Source: Balanoglossus misakiensis
Taxonomy: Eukaryota; Animalia; Hemichordata
NCBI GenBank assembly: GCA_040954595.2
Contig: CM082583.2
Location: 6,694,849 to 6,758,848 of the forward strand
Length of the DNA stretch: 64,000 bases
Direction: 5' to 3'
Shown here: piece by piece, positions 59,301 to 64,000 of the stretch
Numbering within the stretch: the stretch's first letter is position 1
How the letters are laid out: every line of letters begins with the position of its first letter
Made by a program: the position numbers and the translations under genes
Notes under the pieces: generated by a model
Told to the model about the DNA's origin: nothing
Databases searched by the model: none
What the model saw: only the letters and a program-made list of their open reading frames with translations

Positions 59301-61413
59301 GTAAAGTACAATATCAAATGCAACGCGGTGTCGCCGACGGCTGGTTCAAGAATGCTTCAAACCATAGCACCAGAAGGTGGGTCTCTCCGTATGCTGGAGT
59401 AATTTTAATCTCTCTCTCTGAAATCAGTGTGCAGTTGCAAAAGTGAAAGTAAATGCTTAATGAAGTAAGCACTCTCTTGACATGAGATACCAGTGCTTTC
59501 TAGAACACTATCTGTTTCTTTTGGTTTCGTGTAAGATGTATAGTGAGTGATGCTCTGAATTTCTTCGTTTTGATCAGACATTCTAAAACGGCTGAAGCCC
59601 GAGTACGTCGCAACTCTGGTTGTGTATCTCTGTCACGAAAGTTGTCCAGAGACAGGCGGGGTCTTCGCATCAAGCGCTGGTTGGGTGGCTACGTGTAAGT
59701 CTTCTAAGGGAGCTTTCTGTTATTATGGGAGGGGTGGGCCGGAGAAATTTTGGGTCGGTCGGTCGTGGTATGTATGACTTGTATGTGTTACATTATTTGA
59801 CCAATGGCAAGTGCAACATTTCTGCACTTGCTCAATAGACAATACTCGCGACTGTCACTTGCATCGCGTATTTTATACCTAGTACACACCTGGTCGGTCA
59901 CGTATATGACCCTCTCTACGGCACATAATATGTGACACTTTCCTAGTTCTCGACTAAAAAGATACTGACAAAAATGTTGACATCTCTTTAAAAATAGTTC
60001 TCCCATTGCGATTAAATGGTCTCATAGACCCTTAATGATCTATGATTGCCCGAAATCTGTTTGGTTTTGGAATAGAATTCCCTATTGTATTGGGCTTTGT
60101 GGGCAAACTGGAAAATTACAAAACCTGTGACTTGCATTTTTGCATTTCCACAGACAAATGGGCCAGGACACGTGGGGCCATCATACGAAAGAAGGGTAAA
60201 CCAATGACTCCAGAACAAGGTAAATAAGATCACCATAATGACGTCTACATTTTTGTATTGTATTGTATTGTATTGTATTGTATTGTATTGTATTGTATTG
60301 TATTGTATTGTATTGTATTGTATTGTATTGTATTGTATTGTATTGTATTGTATTGTATTGTATTGTATTGTATTGTATTGTATTGTATTGTATTGTATTG
60401 TATTGTATTTATCGCATTTTGTTGTATTTTTATTTATTTCAGTTCGTAACAACTGGGAAAAGATCACTGATTTTTCTGATTCAGCCTTGGGAGGTAAAGA
60501 TGCGATTTTGCTGTATATGGTGTTGAACAAATAAAGCACGTGTCCAGTCTGTGATATTTCCAAATATTCAGAACTTCATATTTTCACCAATGGGTAGGGT
60601 AAATTGTATTTAAAGCAACAATACCTTGAAACAGGCCGTATATACACAGGTACAATTCGAGACATACATTATAGCACAAGTCGTCATGCGAGTGCTGTAT
60701 GTCGCTAACTTAATGGTACATGCACATTCTTTTAGATGACCCGTCTTTGAAGCAGCCTTATCAAATACTGGACGACATAGATTTTGAGGATGACAGCTCC
60801 ATGGGTAAAGGCGGACTTAAACCGAACCCAACTTCAGGCCACAGTGGAACAAGCGTCATGGTACCTAAGGTTGTAGACATTACGTTATATTCATACATAA
60901 TCTGAACACAGCAGCCAATTTGTCAAATTGAACACAGCAGTCTGTTTCTCACCAAAACATTATGTTTATTTAATGCACTAAATACAGAGAACTTCAGAAT
61001 CATAATGTACATACACAACTTTGAGAGAAATTTTGCTTTTTAAGACTCTTTATAATTTGCTTTATTTACTGGATATGCTCATACTGGGATACTGTTCTGG
61101 TTGTACACACTCGGAAATAAAAAGTAATTTGGGGATACTGGGAAAAACTGTCACAGTCCCCTCTGAAGTTTGTTATGTGCTTTAGAAAACAGTTTTGCCC
61201 TTTGGGACATAGTATTCTTGCTGAAGCATCAAAACTAAAACGCAAGGGATATATCATCTATCTACATGTATCTGTCTGTCTATCTATCTGTCTGTCTATA
61301 AGAACATTTTGTAAATAAAACCTTCGTGTTATATTTTATTTTTATAGGCATTTGGAACTCGAGAATGCAAAGGTGGCGTTAGAGGTCAACTCGACCATAA
61401 TTCAAAGCTGTGA
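56340..61413 (+). CDS. Stand-alone (3R)-hydroxyacyl-CoA dehydrogenase (SDR) derived from HSD17B4, ending in PTS1 -SKL; about 350 aa, 12 exons
   Basis: Exons 56340-56394, 57470-57523, 57788-57895, 58244-58303, 58475-58543, 58830-58979, 59254-59376, 59578-59694, 60154-60219, 60443-60493, 60736-60869, 61348-61413. Exons 2-9 have the same lengths as HSD17B4 exons 2-9. Motifs [29 protein letters not shown] and [12 protein letters not shown] are intact. The last exon reads [21 protein letters not shown]. Confidence 0.88.
60253..60409. repeat. (TATTG)n pentanucleotide microsatellite, about 30 units
   Basis: Visible directly; fills most of intron 9 of the dehydrogenase gene. Confidence 0.95.
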
Positions 61414-62129
61414 AATATTTTCCTGTAAACATAGTAAATGTGGTAAAAAAACACAACAAAATATTGGTGTATCGACATGGCATTACATTGTACTTATATA
61501 ATTCATAAAAAAGTATGGACAACTCTACAAATGTTTGTTTGAAGGCTGTCATCGTTATCACCTGTAGATGCATGGTGATAGACAAAACACAGTTCTGTTG
61601 ATTTAAAACATGCCCATGCATTACAAAACAAATGAATCTTATATCGTGCTATTAAGTAGTTCTCCGTTACACATTTCAGATTTCAATCTGTATTGGATAT
61701 TTACATTATTTAAAAACACAAGCAGACTTTTCTCTCAACTGAACATTTCTAAATATTGACAGAGAATGGCCTATTCCTAATGACTGAATGGAGAGATCTT
61801 GTTTTATCAAACAATAATATTCATGGAAGCACACCAAGTACAGATAATAAACATGTGTTGAAAATGCTCCTATAATCTTGGTGTTAATGTAAGATTCAAT
61901 TCAACTGGTACCCTGGAACAGTATACATGTACCAGTATTTAACACGTGAACTTGCCAGCAAAGTGTTTTAATCTCAGACTGGTAATCACATGCAAGTTAC
62001 TTAATTGTTCTGGGCTTTGGTAACGGGACATATTATGGATATAGCATACAGTGTCTGTCTGACAAATACTTTCAACGACACAGTAATAATGCATCATTTT
62101 AAATACATTATTCTGCTACCAAGATGGCT

Positions 62130-64000
62130 TTACAGACTCTTGTTTACTGACTTTTTTGTGGCAACGGTACACACCTTCTTGTGAGTGGGGCGATGGGCCT
62201 TCTGGCAAGGTACGCTGCAGTAGCGTACCAGTTTACATGGACACTGCTTTAGTTGTTTGCTATCCGGACCTTGACAGTCCGGGTTGTGACATACCTCAGT
62301 AAAATATGTGTCATGCATAACTTCCAATTGTTTTTTTGTATGCCTATCCTCAGCATCAAAGAATGCAAGACGGTTTCTTTCAGCTTTGACACCTTGCTGA
62401 TAGTGATAAAAGGCAAGCTGCTTGCATTCCTTTACAACATAGCAATAAGCGAGATCATAGTGGACATAAGCATACATTCGTTCACATTGAGGGGTTACTC
62501 TCAAATACTTTTTGTACAGATTAATGGCAGATTCCTTATCACCAAGATAACGTTTCTCTTCAGCAACTCCACGTAGGGCACCATTATCATCATCCACAAT
62601 TCCCTCCATGGCATAAGCCTTCTGAAAACAGTCCAATGCCCGATGATGTTGATCAGTATATGAATATGTGACAGCAAGCAGCAGCTCGTAGATATGGTGT
62701 AGACTTTGTCGCCTTACATCATCTTTGTCATGACTTAAATTCTCAATCTTGTGGGCTAAGATTTCATTTTCACGAATTGTATCTGAATCTGTAATGTGGG
62801 TAGTCAACGGCAGTGTGCGTACAAGGAAAATATGGGACAGGTAATCCTGCTCATTGGCAGAGACTGCATTTATAGCTACCTGACGAAAGTCTGTCATTCC
62901 CCTAGTACGAATGGGGATCTCAAAATTCCGACACACGGTATTCTCGGTGATGTAACCTTTTGCAACAAGATGGACACCTTCTAACTGCTTCTCTGGATCG
63001 GATTCATTTGTCAAGAGTTCGAAACCATCTTTGAAGTATTTGTGTGCCTTTAAGAACCTCATTGCTGTTGGCGAGTCAGGATACCGCAGAAACATTCCCT
63101 CTTGGTAAATTTTAAGATTTTTAAATCTGATATCTTCCTTACTTACTCTCTTCGCTTCTTCCATGATTTTTTTTATTTGCCCTAACTTGATACTTTTTGA
63201 ACATGCTTCAGAAAAAGCCTGACATAATTTGTCTCTCTCATTATTTTGTCGAAAGACAAGTTCGAAAAAATCTGACTCACCAGAATCATCAACATATTTG
63301 TGATCGCCAGCCATGCCTGAGTCATGCACCCCTCTGTTACTTGCTGGGGGAGGGGAATTTTCATTATTTGAAGCTGTATTTACACTACTGGTCGCTGTTT
63401 CTTCTTTTGGAATGTTTTTTAAGAGTCTCTTTGCTTCAGCATCACCCTTTTCTGCTGCTTTAATAAGCCAAACCTTTGCTATCTCAACATCAACCTTAGA
63501 TTTGGATTTGTCTTGAAGGAAGAGCTTTCCATACTCTCTTTCTGCATCCACAAATCCCTCTTCTGCTGCAGCTTGAAGTTGTTCGACTGCCTTGTCACGA
63601 TCTGGTGCTCCACTTAGGTTCTCGTTAGTACTGTACATTTTCCAGAGTTCAAATCTTGCCCTACCTGGTTCAACTTGTACAATGCCAAAACATTTCGAAG
63701 CATTTGAAATTAATCTCCCATACTGGAGACTTGCACTTTGATCTTCAGTAACTTCACCTGCAGCAAGTCTATACCACTTTTCAGCTTCCTCTAGATTCAC
63801 CTCTACTTGGTCACCTATGCCATATCTATAAATTCCAGCAAGGTTGAACTGAGCCGAGGGATTTCCTAATTCAGCAGCTCTCTGGTAAAGGGGGAATGCT
63901 TTCAAAGGATTTGTGGGCTGAGGGTTCCCTGGTAAATTCTCAAACAAAAGTGCAAGGTCATTTAAATCGCTGGCAAAGCAATCGCCACTTTCGACGATAT
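62130..64000 (-). CDS. Sel1-like repeat + TPR + C-terminal MYND zinc-finger protein; 5' partial
   Basis: The frame is uninterrupted and open to the window edge (over 620 codons). It has Sel1 repeats (AAELGNPSAQFNLAGIYRYGIG, AAEEGFVDAE, AAEKGDAEA), TPR-like repeats (ALDCFQKAY, AINLYKKYL, AFYHYQQGV) and a MYND finger CHNPDC...CPCKLVRYCSVPCQKAHRPTHKKVC. Confidence 0.88.
   Translation of the reverse strand, partial: IVESGDCFASDLNDLALLFENLPGNPQPTNPLKAFPLYQRAAELGNPSAQFNLAGIYRYGIGDQVEVNLEEAEKWYRLAAGEVTEDQSASLQYGRLISNASKCFGIVQVEPGRARFELWKMYSTNENLSGAPDRDKAVEQLQAAAEEGFVDAEREYGKLFLQDKSKSKVDVEIAKVWLIKAAEKGDAEAKRLLKNIPKEETATSSVNTASNNENSPPPASNRGVHDSGMAGDHKYVDDSGESDFFELVFRQNNERDKLCQAFSEACSKSIKLGQIKKIMEEAKRVSKEDIRFKNLKIYQEGMFLRYPDSPTAMRFLKAHKYFKDGFELLTNESDPEKQLEGVHLVAKGYITENTVCRNFEIPIRTRGMTDFRQVAINAVSANEQDYLSHIFLVRTLPLTTHITDSDTIRENEILAHKIENLSHDKDDVRRQSLHHIYELLLAVTYSYTDQHHRALDCFQKAYAMEGIVDDDNGALRGVAEEKRYLGDKESAINLYKKYLRVTPQCERMYAYVHYDLAYCYVVKECKQLAFYHYQQGVKAERNRLAFFDAEDRHTKKQLEVMHDTYFTEVCHNPDCQGPDSKQLKQCPCKLVRYCSVPCQKAHRPTHKKVCTVATKKSVNKSL

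Noticed and set aside
60012-60563. ORFs with YCIVL / NTIQY repeats
   Set aside because: They are translations of the intronic (TATTG)n microsatellite.
51671-61413. HSD17B4 copies as pseudogenes or haplotype-duplication artefacts
   Set aside because: There are no frameshifts or premature stops across 22 exons and catalytic motifs are intact. Proteins and introns are far too diverged from the parent to be allelic.

Overview
Intron-rich animal genomic DNA, most likely an invertebrate deuterostome (inferred from human-like exon structures; organism not identified). I assembled eight protein-coding genes by reading GT-AG junctions and phases by hand: synaptotagmin-4/11 (+, exon 1 outside the window), a 14-exon uncharacterised coiled-coil gene (-), MEK1/2 (-), a cytosolic ALDH1A-type dehydrogenase (-), full-length peroxisomal multifunctional enzyme 2 HSD17B4 (-), two HSD17B4-derived single-domain genes (+), and a Sel1/TPR/MYND gene (-, open at the window edge). 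The main result is the HSD17B4 cluster. Beside the intact dehydrogenase-hydratase-SCP2 gene (PTS1 -AKM) lies a stand-alone hydratase-2 gene with three new 5' exons that encode a mitochondrial-presequence-like peptide and no PTS1. Next to that is a stand-alone dehydrogenase gene whose different last exon ends in canonical -SKL. Also present are hairpin elements sharing a strand-specific GA/GA-mismatch cap, an 870-bp palindrome nested in a Harbinger-like element, several MITEs and microsatellites. Gene models are manual predictions with no transcript evidence.
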